Shown piece after piece: positions 1 through 11,555 of a DNA stretch of 64,000 nucleotides (its first letter is position 1; each line of letters starts with the position of its first letter). Below the pieces are notes generated by a model. That model worked only from the letters and a program-made list of their open reading frames with translations. It was not told where the DNA came from and made no database searches. The position numbers and the translations under genes were made by a program. Source of the DNA: the human T2T-CHM13v2.0 reference genome, Homo sapiens; assembly GCF_009914755.1 (NCBI RefSeq), contig NC_060930.1; one strand, 5' to 3'.

Positions 1-2255
1 ATGACATTTTGCCTTGAGATGTAAGATTGTTTCTTTTTGTAGATTTATAAATAAAAAATTAAATAAGAAGGAAAGTAGTCATAAAATCATAATTCTGTAA
101 GTGCCATAATGAGATGATGATGATAATTGCCTACAGGGAATCTACAGGATTGTCATCTGTTTTCAAGTCTAAGCTTGAAAGTGAGTGAGTTAAGCTGTAG
201 AATTAAATATAAAAGGGGGAGATATAATATAATATAATATTACTCCTGGTAGATCCTCCTGTGTGAATTATTTAGCATGAGTTAAATTTTTCCACCTCTT
301 TAGCTTTCTCTAATTTCTTCGTCAATTTTATTATAACTTGCTGTATTATTCATACAGGAACAAAGTTGATTTGTCAACTTAAAAGTTTATTCCATTATCC
401 AATTAATTCTGATATTATGCCACAATAACTAATGTTTCAATCTTTATTTTAATGTTTTAAAATTTATTTTAATCTGATAGAAAAACTAAAAGACTGCTAA
501 AAACAAAAGTCTAAAAACAACACCAATCTTTCTTTGTAAGAATGGATCGTAATGATGACCTACCATACAGTAATTTGGAAATGATAGCATGAGGCTAAAT
601 TTAAAATTTTAGTTAGAAATTTCCATAAACAAAGACAACAAATCTATATTAAATAACACAAAGCACAAAAGATTATGATATACTCCTCAAAATGGCACCA
701 AACACTTAGATTAAGTTGCATTCATTGATTAAAATATGGGCAATACACCTGAAAACAGGTATATTTCATAAAGCAACTGAGTCTCACAACAGAAAATGTG
801 AGGAGTTCAGAAGAAACTGTCTGAATGAAAGTAGAAACACACAGTTGTTAAAAGCATGTATTCAGATGCTGTATCTCAGAGATCCAACTGGCCCTTTAGG
901 AAGGGGATGTGAAGTATCTTATTTCACTGAAACAGATAAGGACTTTGTTTTTCCTATCTCTGACTCCTTTTTACTTTCACCTGTGTTCTGCAAACATGAA
1001 TAAGGCAATTTCTGTGAAATGACACAATATTTGAACACTGGCATTAAACCAGACCCTCATTGTTCATTTAAAATATCATAAGTGATCTTTGATGGAATTC
1101 AATAAATTTTAGATACCTGATTAAGAAGTCCCCACTGATTTTTAACTCAGTGATCAATTATTTGTACTTCAAGATATTTTGTCACTTTTTGGTAGTCATT
1201 TGTTGATGACACAAATGCCTTGCAGCAGAATAATGGCCGGGTTCATATTCACTTGAAATAATTTGACACTTCTATACCTGTCTTTGTTTACATTGATAAT
1301 CAAAGTCAGGGCTACATTATTACATTTTTGCGACTGCCCATTGTAAAAACAGACAAAAAACCTAATTACTGTCATATTATCCCTTGATTTATGGAGTCAC
1401 CTCACTTTAGATGATGGATGTTTTTAAGCAATTCTTTGGCAATCCTTTACTTTTCAGAGACTGGACTAATTTAGTGTTTTGTTGTTAAAATACAAAAACA
1501 AAAACAATATCTCTTTGTATAGTGTATTCTGCTTCTTTAGAATTATATCATTTGGAGTGTACATCACAAAGTCTTTACTGTTACATTGTAACACTGTAAT
1601 TAAACTGAAACCAATGACCAAAAACCATAACCATTTAAAGCAAAGAAATGCAGCAGAAAAGTTACCTTGAGGGTAATTTTTGCAAGAAATTGGCTTACAT
1701 GGAACATAATATAACCATTTTTTGTGAGGCTAGTGAACTAAATTACTGGTGATTATCTGCTTCAAATATTAGCATATAAAGTTAGCTCATAAGAATATGA
1801 ACTCTAATGCAATATTGGGAAAAAAGGATTTTCCAAAGTCTGTTTGAATAATGGCTCTGAAGTAAGACTGTAACTTTAATTAAATTTGTTTACAGATATT
1901 ATGTCTTAAAAAATCACATTTCAATTAAAAAGATCATAGTGATCATTTCATATGGGGTTCCCCTTATCCTGAGGTTAATTTATGAATAGTCATCTTAAAA
2001 ATAAACATTGGTCTTATCAGTGCTCATGGATTGTTATTTGTTTGAAATGTTGTATGATTATCCTATAGCCGTTGAGAGCAAAGTCACCATTATGAAACTC
2101 AACTGTATGCTATGAATGGAACTTTTGAGGTTGCTTTATGAAATGTTATCTAGACTTCTTTTAAAAGAGAGAACAAGCCTTTGGTTAAATATCATGGGAT
2201 GAAATTAAAGCTCAATTTGAAAATTTCAATTTTAAATTTGATTCTTTTATTTTAG

Positions 2256-2369
2256 ACAAATCTGTAAAGAATTCCAAGACCTCTTGAGCCAAGATAGATC
2301 ACCACTGGGATCCTCCAGACCCACTCCAATTCTAGACCTTGACATCCAGAGACATTTAACACATTTCAG
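2256..2369 (+). CDS. TFAP2D: TFAP2D penultimate coding exon (AP-2 helix-span-helix region)
   Basis: Pyrimidine tract + AG (2254-2255) and GTAAGA donor (2370). Translates (x)[37 protein letters not shown](S), an AP-2 family dimerisation-domain motif. The terminal AG joins the first T of the next exon to give AGT (Ser), keeping frame. Confidence 0.96.
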
Positions 2370-2473
2370 GTAAGACTGGTTTTCCAGTTTGCTCAAATTC
2401 TTTACTAACCCAGATGCTTGTATTCCTATCACAGTTCTATTTAGAGATACCACTTATATGTTTATATGGTGAC

Positions 2474-2842
2474 TGTCCTAGTCCTTTCAGATGGGCTATA
2501 ACAAAATACCTTAGACTGGGTAATTTATAAACAACAGAAATATATTTTTTACAGTTTGGAGGCTTGGGAAGTCTGAGATTAAGGTGCCGGCAGAGTTAAT
2601 TAGACAAAGGCTTGCTCTTTGCTTCAGAGATGGCACCGTCTCCATTTTCTCCCACATGATGAAAGGGCCAAACAAGATCCCCTGGGCTCTTTTATAAGGG
2701 CACTAATCCTATTCATGAGGGTTCTGCCCTCATAAGCTAATCACCTCCTAAAGACTCTATTTAATACTATTGCATTGGAGATTAGGTTTCAGTATATGAA
2801 TTTGGAGTGGGGTGGAGGGGACACACATATTCAACCATAGCA
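2474..2842 (-). mobile_element. MaLR solo LTR (MLT1A-like)
   Basis: TG...CA ends, MLT1A-type motifs (ctataacaaaatacc, ttttataagggcactaatcc), 5-bp TSD-like gtgac/gtgat. Confidence 0.8.
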
Positions 2843-3203
2843 GTGATTGACTGAATTTTTTAAAATTCCAAGCTTGTAAAATCAAATTGAGAGAATAACA
2901 ATGCATGAAGCATTTTAGATTGGAAAATTTTATATCTTTATGCATTGTTAGGAAATCATTACTTTACAAAAATGAACAATATTATTTCAAATAATACTTA
3001 GCACTTTTGGATGAGGGTTCTGAAATCTTTTAAATTGTTTTTTATCTTGGTGACACAATTGTTTAATGGAAAGATGCCGTGACAGAAATTAACAGGATAT
3101 CACTGACTGGTTTTCCAGAAGTATGTTAAAAATTTTGATGCAATTAGAAACTGCAAATGGTTCTTAAGTTAGACCACACAAGAGCATGAAATGTATTATT
3201 GGA

Positions 3204-3279
3204 GTCATATGTAACTAGCCTGCACATTGTGCACATGTACCCTAAAACTTAAAGTATAATAATAATAAAATTTAAAAAA
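3204..3279 (+). mobile_element. Extremely 5'-truncated young L1 (L1PA2/3-like) 3' tip
   Basis: catatgtaact...cacatgtaccctaaaacttaaagtataat + A tail; 16-bp TSD gaaatgtattattgga (3188-3203 / 3280-3295). Confidence 0.9.
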
Positions 3280-3839
3280 GAAATGTATTATTGGAAGCAT
3301 ATTTTAAATTTCATTTTCTGATGTGTTTTTGGAATGAAGAAAATATTTATCTGGTTAGTTTGTGCCCCATATGGAAGTGAGAAAGAACATGTAATTACTC
3401 AGGTGCCTTACATTTTTAAAACTCTAGAATTTTAATGCCTACATGATAGGCATATTGTATCCTTTCTAAGTTATTATCATTTAGTTAAACAATGATAAGG
3501 AAAGACTAATACACATTAAATATTAAAATGCTTTCAATACCTGTCAAAAATTGTAAAGCTGTTGAGGAGGGCACTTCATTATATAAAATAACAAGTGTTT
3601 AAATAAGTTGAAATTTAGGCTGCAACATCAGAGACTGTTAAATAGAATATTCTATTTTACAATATGTCACAAGTTTCCTCAAGATGTAATAGACACACAT
3701 CTCTGAAGACTCAACTTAGGATTTATCTTCCAAAAATGCACAAAATGTAGGATATATTTCACAGGACTTCTCTCCTATCACTCAACTGAGCTAGTGATAG
3801 AAGTGTAATAAAACTGGGGGAAAATAAAAAGCCCAGATG

Positions 3840-4050
3840 CTATGAGCAAAAGGTTTTGGAGTCAAAACCTTTTCAAATCCTTGTATCTGTGAGCCCTTAT
3901 ATATGTAAGCTGGGTTGTTTGGGGTAACTTACCCACTCATTCCAAACCTTTATTTCCTCAGCTTCAAATGGGATAAGAGCCCCTTCATTATATGGTCATA
4001 GGTGAGCTAAAATGAGATAAAGAATGTAAAGGAAGCATTTAGTAAATGAC
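3840..4050 (+). mobile_element. MIR
   Basis: Degenerate MIR core (ttggagtca...tttcctca...aaatgggataa). Confidence 0.6.
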
Positions 4051-5009
4051 GTATCATTTACCTTCACCACCGATCCAAGTTTAAATTTGTCTCCAGCATT
4101 ACATCTACACAAATATTTTTCACATTTTTGTTTGTGCGCATAATAAAAGGATTTATAATTTTTACAAAAGATCAACTCAGAACTTAATTTTCATTGAGGT
4201 TTGATTCCGGATTTAAAGAAGTGTGTTAAATGACAATTTTACTCTGAGAAGGAGCATACTATTAAAGTACAGAGAAATGAGACTCTGTCATGTATGCTAG
4301 ATTATTTCCAATTACAGATGCTGAGGCCTTCATCAGATAGTAAGCCATCCTTTTTATGCTCAAAACAAAATAGAGCACCAGTCAAACATCAGCTACAGTG
4401 TGAAATAAATAGGCAAAACATTTGTTTCCTTAGCATAGGCACAACTTGCTGATTTGTCAATACATTAGTCAGTTGCCAACTTAGTGCCACAGAACTCTTT
4501 AGAGAAAACTCACTTCAAAACATGAGCTGAGCATTTTCTTTGTGGGCTTTATATGCTCTTATTTACCTCCCCATACAGAATATGGGAACAAGCTGGTGTT
4601 ACTCAGAGTGCAGCTAAATATATGGTAAATGGCCACCCTCACCCCTAGTGAAAAAGAAAGAGATTATATTGGAGGTATAAAACTCACAAGATTATATATG
4701 GCTTCAGTTTCTTAATCACAATTTCATGCATAACCATATCTTAAAACTTTCTAACACTATATATTTACTTACAATAGTATCATCTATAAAATGTTGATAT
4801 TATTTATATATTGAATATTTTGAATATTAGAAAGTTATGATTTCCCATTTATTATGATTTTTAAATGTTTGCCAGAATTGTTATTTTTCTTTAATTGTAG
4901 TCAAAATTATTTATGTAGATAAAATCTTCTGATTTCATACCAAAAGTAGTAGGATGATACAAATCGCATAACCAAAGATTTCTTTATAGCAAATTTCCTA
5001 CTATATCTT

Positions 5010-6215
5010 TTTCTTAAACTGTGATTAAAAATACATAACATAAAATTTGCCATCTTAACCATTTCTAATCAATTCTGTAGTGTCAAGCATATTCTCATTG
5101 TTGTATAACCAATCTCCACAACTTTTTTATTTTGTAAAACTGCCTCTGTACCCATTAAACAACTCCCATTCTTCTCCTCTCCCCAGCCTCTGTCAACTAC
5201 CATTCTGTTTTGTGTTTCTGTGAATTTAACTACCCTAGACATCTCATATAAGAAGAATCATACAGTATTTGCCTTTTTGTAACTGGCTTATTTCACTTAG
5301 TGTAATGTCTTCCATGTTCATCCATGTCATAGCATGTGTCAAAATTTTCTTCCTTTTAAGGATGCACAATATTTCTGTGTGTGTGTATGTGTGTGTGTGT
5401 GTGTAAGTGTGTATGTGCCTATATATGCCACATTTTATCGATTCATTCATTGATGGCAATTGGGTTGCATCCACTTCTTGACTATCATGACTAGTGCTGC
5501 TATGAACATGGGTGTGAAAATATCTCTTCAAAATCCTGGTTTCAGTTCTTTTGGATATACACCCAGAAGTCAAATTGCTGGATGATATGGAAATTTTATT
5601 TGTCATTTTTTGAGGGCCTATTCTACCATTTTCCATAGCAGCTATACCATTTTACATTTTCACAATAATGTACGGGGTGTCTATTTCTCCATATCTTCAC
5701 CAAATAGTAGCCATCCTAATGGGTATGAGGTGATATTTCATTGTTGATTTGCACTTCTCTAATGATTAGTGATGTTGAACATCTTTTCATATGCTTCTTA
5801 GCCATTTCTACATCATCTTTGAAAAAATGTTTAAGTTCTTTGCCCACTTTTTGACCAGGTTATTTTTTTTTATTAAGCTGGAGGTTTTTATATAGTCTAG
5901 ATAGTAACCTCTTCTTAGATGTATAATTTGCAAATTTTTTCCATTCTGTACATTTCTTTATTAGTCTGTTGATTGTGTCTTTGGTACATAGTTTTAAATT
6001 TTGATGTCGTTTAATTTGTTTATTTTTTACCTTTGTTGCCTGTGCTTTTGGTGTCAAATCCAGGAAATCTTTGTTAAATACAATGCAGTAAAGCTTTCCT
6101 GTATTTTTTCTTCTAACAGTTTTACAGCCGTATGTCTTGTTTTGGTCTTTGATTCATTTTGAGTTAATTTTTGTTTATGTTGCAAGGTGAGGGTCCAAGT
6201 TCATTCCATTGCATG
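5010..6215 (-). mobile_element. Old L1 (L1MB-like) 3' portion
   Basis: Antisense ORF2 C-terminal remnants (ORFs 5244-5636, 5860-6057) and L1M 3' UTR motifs. Confidence 0.85.
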
Positions 6216-6429
6216 TCTTAAATTTTATCATTTTAAACAAAAGATACATGATTGGCATTTCCAATTGAAACCCAAAGTGAAGGTTCCTGATGTAGACTGA
6301 ATTTAAATGTGTGTAATTTCTTTACTGCACATTTATTTAAAAAGGCATCAACAGAATATGTTAACAATAGGATAGCAAAAGTCAGCTTGTTGCTTAGCCT
6401 TGAAATATACTCTGCTCTTTACAAGTATA

Positions 6430-6613
6430 TTTCTTAAACCTGGCTTTATATCAGAATCGCTCTTGAAACTGTAAAAAAAAAAAAAAAACTCAAGGATTGG
6501 AGGACATATTTAATATTTAAAGATTTGATTCAGTAGTTCTAGGGCTGGACTCAGGTATCTATGTTATTTTTAAAACTCTCAAGTTGATTCTGATAGGTAG
6601 GTTTAAGAACCAC
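6430..6613. mobile_element. MER5-like hAT MITE
   Basis: tcagaatc...gattcagtag..ctagggctgg...gtttaagaaccac motifs. Confidence 0.6.
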
Positions 6614-6746
6614 AGTTCTACGATATTCCGTAACTATAAGCTTTTTTTCCCCCTTTGGGAGAAGAAAAACTCCAATTCCTTTTTAAAGTGTTACTGAGAA
6701 TTCTATCAAGTTTTGTATTGTATACTAATATATTAAAAACATTCTA

Positions 6747-6850
6747 CTGGGAGCCCGAGGTGAAAGGATCACTTGAGGCCAAGACTTCAAGACCAGGCTG
6801 TGCAACATAAAGAGACTCCATCTCTACCAAAAGTTTTAAAATTAAAAATA
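6747..6850 (+). mobile_element. Alu left-monomer fragment (FLAM-like)
   Basis: gggagcccgagg...ggatcacttgagg...tctctac + A-rich tail; TSD-like aaaa(c/t)attctac. Confidence 0.75.
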
Positions 6851-6914
6851 AAAATATTCTACATTGATGATTCTACTAATAATCTGGGTAAACATGTGTT
6901 AGCATACAGCATGT

Positions 6915-7207
6915 CTTTTTTATTTTTATTTTATTTTATTTTTTGTGAGAGAGGGTCTCAATCTGTTACCCAGGTTGGAGTGCAGTGGCTCAATCATGTC
7001 TCACGTACCCTAGACTTCCTGGACTCAGGTGATTCTTGAGACTACAGGCATGTGCCACCATGCTTGGCTATGTTTTTGTATTTTTTATAGAGATAGGGTT
7101 TCACCATGTTGCCCAGGCTTGTTTCAGCTTTGTAGGCTCAAGCAGTCTGCCCACCTTGGCCTCCTAAAGTGCTGGATTACAGGCATGTGAGCAACTGTAC
7201 CAGGCCG
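6915..7207 (-). mobile_element. AluJ
   Basis: Diverged antisense Alu dimer. Confidence 0.85.
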
Positions 7208-8279
7208 AGTGTGTCCCTTTTAAAATTTTCCGCTGACAGTGACAACTGTAATTTCGATAGAACCATTAGCTCAAGAGAAAGATGAATTACGAAGGAGACA
7301 TATCACATCTGACTTTGAAAGCAGACAATTGTCAGAGTGTGATTTTCCACCATTTTTACTGAATGCTGGCTGGGAAAGAAGTGAAGAGGGAGTGTAATTA
7401 GATAGGCATAAAGAATACTCTAATTAACACCATCAACTTGTGTTACTATTCTATTTAGTTAAACCTCCTTCCTAATGCAGACCACTTAAAAGTATACCTT
7501 ATAGGTTGGCTGATTTGGTGCCTTGAGAACTGTGGCTTACTTTCAGCAGATTTAATATGTCCAGACAAAGCACAAATAACTACTTCTAGTTTTCCATGGC
7601 AGTTGACATATCAGTGTGTTCTGGGAAGCCGTATGCATAGCAGTGACCCTTCTCACAATTCACAGCCTGGAAAGCTTCTTGTTTCCATCAAAATGACAGA
7701 AGGCAGACTTATTCATTATTTATAATTTACTGAGTACCATCAACAGTGTGTATTGTTGTAGAGAACACAGCAGACACCACAACACAAACGAGAAGGGGGA
7801 AAAGATTTGATTGACATCTGCAGAAGACCCCATAGACTCACAGTTCCTGGGAATAGTGGTGGCATTAGAACAAGGTGGCATGGGGTTTCACGGTCAGAGT
7901 AGCCTCAGCTCAGATGGAAACCCAGAGCCCTAACTTTTTTGAAATGTTAGGAATTCCCCTCTTTGAGATTTCAGGAAATCTTAAAATTTTCCCCTGTTTG
8001 TCTCTTATGTTCTCATAATCTCCTTGAATCTGAAGTCAAGCAAAAGCACATTTGACAGTGTAGTAAGAAATTAGACTATCCTGAAGGCTCAGTCCAGGGA
8101 AGACACCCTGTCCAAAAGATGAGAAAACTTTTTTTCTCAGCATGTACCTTGGGAGGCTGAAGTTTTGTTGTTTGCGTTATTTCTAGTAGAATTATTATTT
8201 ATTGTTTCTACTATGTTAATGGCAGGTAGTGAAAAGATGACTAGAGGATTATCCCATTCTTTAGAACTTCTAAAGTGGA

Positions 8280-8925
8280 GAATAATTATATATATAATTA
8301 TTCTATATATACAGAATATGTATATCTCTCTATATAGATATTCTCTATATTCTCTATATTCTCTATAGATATATATATCTATATAGAGAATATATGTAAT
8401 TATTCTATATATAGAATACATGTAATTATTCTATATATAGAATATATAATTATTCTCTCTATATAGAATATATATAGAATATATATAATTATTCTATATA
8501 TATAATATATATAATTATTCTATATATATATAATATATATAATTATTCTATATATATATAATATATATAATTATTCTATATATAGAATACATATAATTAT
8601 TCTATATATATAGAATATATATAATTATTCTATATATATAGAATATATATAATTATTCTATATATATAGAATATATATAATTATTCTATATATATAGAAT
8701 ATATATAATTATTCTATATATATAGAATATATATAATTATTCTATATATATAGAATATATATAATTATTCTATATATATAGAATATATATAATTATTCTA
8801 TATATATAGAATATATATAATTATTCTATATATAGAATATATATAATTATTCTATATATATAGAATATATATAATTATATATATAGAATATATATAATTA
8901 TATATATAAATATATAAACTTATAA
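8280..8925. repeat. AT-rich minisatellite, ~26-28-bp unit gaatatatataattattctatatatata
   Basis: Directly visible tandem array. Confidence 0.95.
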
Positions 8926-9679
8926 TATACAAGAGTGATGCTACAATAGAAGATTAAGCATACTGGTAATTTTTCCTGGGGAAATAAGGAAATTTCATCT
9001 TTTTATCCATAGTACATAGCGAATAGTATGTATGCAATAAATATATGTAAATAAATGTAGATTATAATAATATCTCAATTGGGTCCTGTGTATATTCTCC
9101 ACTGGTTCATTCTCAGGGCCATGATGTTTTAATTGGACGATGGACTAGGGAAGTAAAATGATCAATGTGCTTAATTCTCCTATTTAACTCATAAATTATC
9201 CTGACAGCCTACCTTCTTAGAAATATACCCTCTTACTACTGCCTTGGGAAATAAGGAATGTATAGACAGTCCCAGACATTTGTGTGCTTGCTGGTGATTA
9301 AATTTTCTTCATTGATTCTCAGTGTTGGAAGGCCCCTAACATTTCCTACTCTCCTTCAATATTTAGACCTTCTCTCCAACGTCTCTGTCAAGTTATCATC
9401 CATCTCAAGCTTGGAAACTCTCAATAATAGACTGCTCTCTATCTTTGACAACTCTATTAGAAATGCCTTCCTTCCATTTCCCAATGTCCCACTTCTTGTG
9501 GGCTTTACAGAGTTACTTTCATCCTGGTTCCCTCCCACTTTCTAAAGGCAGTTCTCATGTCTTCCCTAGTTTTCTCTTCAAGGGTTATTCATTCCCATTT
9601 CCTTCAGGGTTCCACATATGACATGCCTTACAGTCAACTCAACTGGTATTTTCTGATTGCTCTATTCTTGGCAACACGC

Positions 9680-10036
9680 TGAAGAGCAGATATTTGTCTC
9701 TACTTAAATGTGAGCATGTTTAGTTTTCTCCAAGAAGCCTAAAGTGTGCATAGTTTTTGTTTTTTGTTTTTATTTTGTTAAATTTTCTTGAGATGGAAAA
9801 GTGGCTGGGAAGGTCATCAACGGCGGGCAGTTTTCTTCACCAAGCATTCTTTAGTGTGAGAAAAGAAACAATGAAATTTCAATTAAATCTGTAATCTCAA
9901 AAGCAAGGGTTAGCAGATATGAGTTAGGGGAGATCTTCCTTGCTAAAACTGGATTTTTACAAGGAAATGCAAAGATGGGCCTAGGAGAAGGTTCAGAAGC
10001 CTGCCTAAAGTTTACTCAAGCAATGAATCTTTGTCA
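9680..10036 (-). mobile_element. ERV1 LTR (MER31/MER67-like)
   Basis: gatgggcctaggagaaggttcag...taaagttt..tcaagca..gaatctttgtca terminus. Confidence 0.6.
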
Positions 10037-11389
10037 GGAGACACATACATTAAAGCATCCATGGCAGGGCTTTTGATGAATTTTTATGGATTTTTAGATT
10101 TAGCACATAAGAGACTAGTGGTTAAAACAATAGAAGCCAGAGGTAATTGTTTCTAATTAAAAGTTGCAAACATGACCCTGTAATAACTACATGTGTGAAT
10201 AATTGGCTTTGGGGAACACATACATTGTGGAAGAGTTTGGTTAATTTTTATTTAAATATTGTCTATCTTTGTTGAGCTATTGACTGGAGAGAAATCCACA
10301 GAGAGACAATATGGCATGGTGGGAAGCACTTGGAATTAATTGTCAGGGGATCTAACTCAGTCTCCACTTGGTTACCAGCTAGATGTGTGGATTTAGAATA
10401 GGCATTGCACCCGTGTGACCTCTGCATGTTCATGAGTCAATGCAGTTAAGCTGGGTGATCTCTAAGGTTCTTTTTAGACCAATAATATTTTACTCCATTC
10501 TGAATTTACTGATTCATTTTAAATCATTACTTATGCTGAGTTTCTATATCATCTCATATCTGCTTTTTATGTTTTCTCAACTTGCTCATCTTAAAACATC
10601 AACAGTTCGATAAAATTCATTTTAAAAAGCTTAGCATTTTCATTCCTCTATTCCAAACAGAAAATACATCTGATAGGGAGAAATGTAACAAGATGGTTAA
10701 TGTACCCCTATAAAAATCTCCATTCTCATATGTAAAAATTATGGTGCAGGCATCAAATGTTATCACTTTCAAGAAGCTGACTTGGATGTAATTGATTGTA
10801 GTCTCTTCTAATGTATGTGCAATGATTTTTATTTTAGCCTGCTTTGCTAATGAGCTGAACTGAGGTAAAATGGAGTCACAAGGACCCATTCATTCCCCTT
10901 TGGGACCTCAAAGTAAGTGGCTGAGAAGAACAGAAGGAATGTGACTTTAGGGCAGTGGATGAGCACACATCTCCCAATCTGACAGAGATTCAGGGTAGTC
11001 ATAAACATACTTCCCCAAATTGAGTTTCATAGAGCACTAGTCAGTCCTATGAGATGCTCTCTGAAAGCGTTTCATGGCCAAGTGTTTTTTTGGTTAAAGA
11101 AACCCTAATTATTATACCTATCCTGAAGTATGACAATGCATATTGGCATACCAAAGACTCCCAGAACCCTTTTTGAAAGGAGGTAATACCTAGCCACAGT
11201 TTCTAAAACTTGATCATGAAAACTGTTTTTAAATCTCAGAGTACATATTAACATTACATAAAACTAAGATTCCGCAGAAGGTCTTGTGGGAAATGTTGCA
11301 GAAGTTTATCATCCTCTTTTTCCCAAGGAGGAATGCAGACATAATAGTTAGGCATTATTTCTTGGTTGTAAGGAGACATACTGATTTTT

Positions 11390-11555
11390 TTCTCTGCATT
11401 TAAATGGAATGAGGGTTGTTTAAAAAATACTGATGCTTTGGATTCATCCCAAACCAATTAAATCAGGGTCTTTGGGGTGGGACCCATACATTACTATTTT
11501 TGAAATAAGCTTTGTGAGTGATTTCTTCTATGCATCTAGGGTTGAGAACCACCAA
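11390..11555. mobile_element. MER5-like MITE
   Basis: aaaatactgatgc...aaatcag...gggttgagaaccac. Confidence 0.6.

Noticed and set aside
2247-2453. 68-aa minus-strand ORF
   Set aside because: Antisense shadow of the real TFAP2D exon
8280-8925. CRISPR-like array of palindromic repeats
   Set aside because: No unique spacers, eukaryotic context, no cas genes; it is a minisatellite
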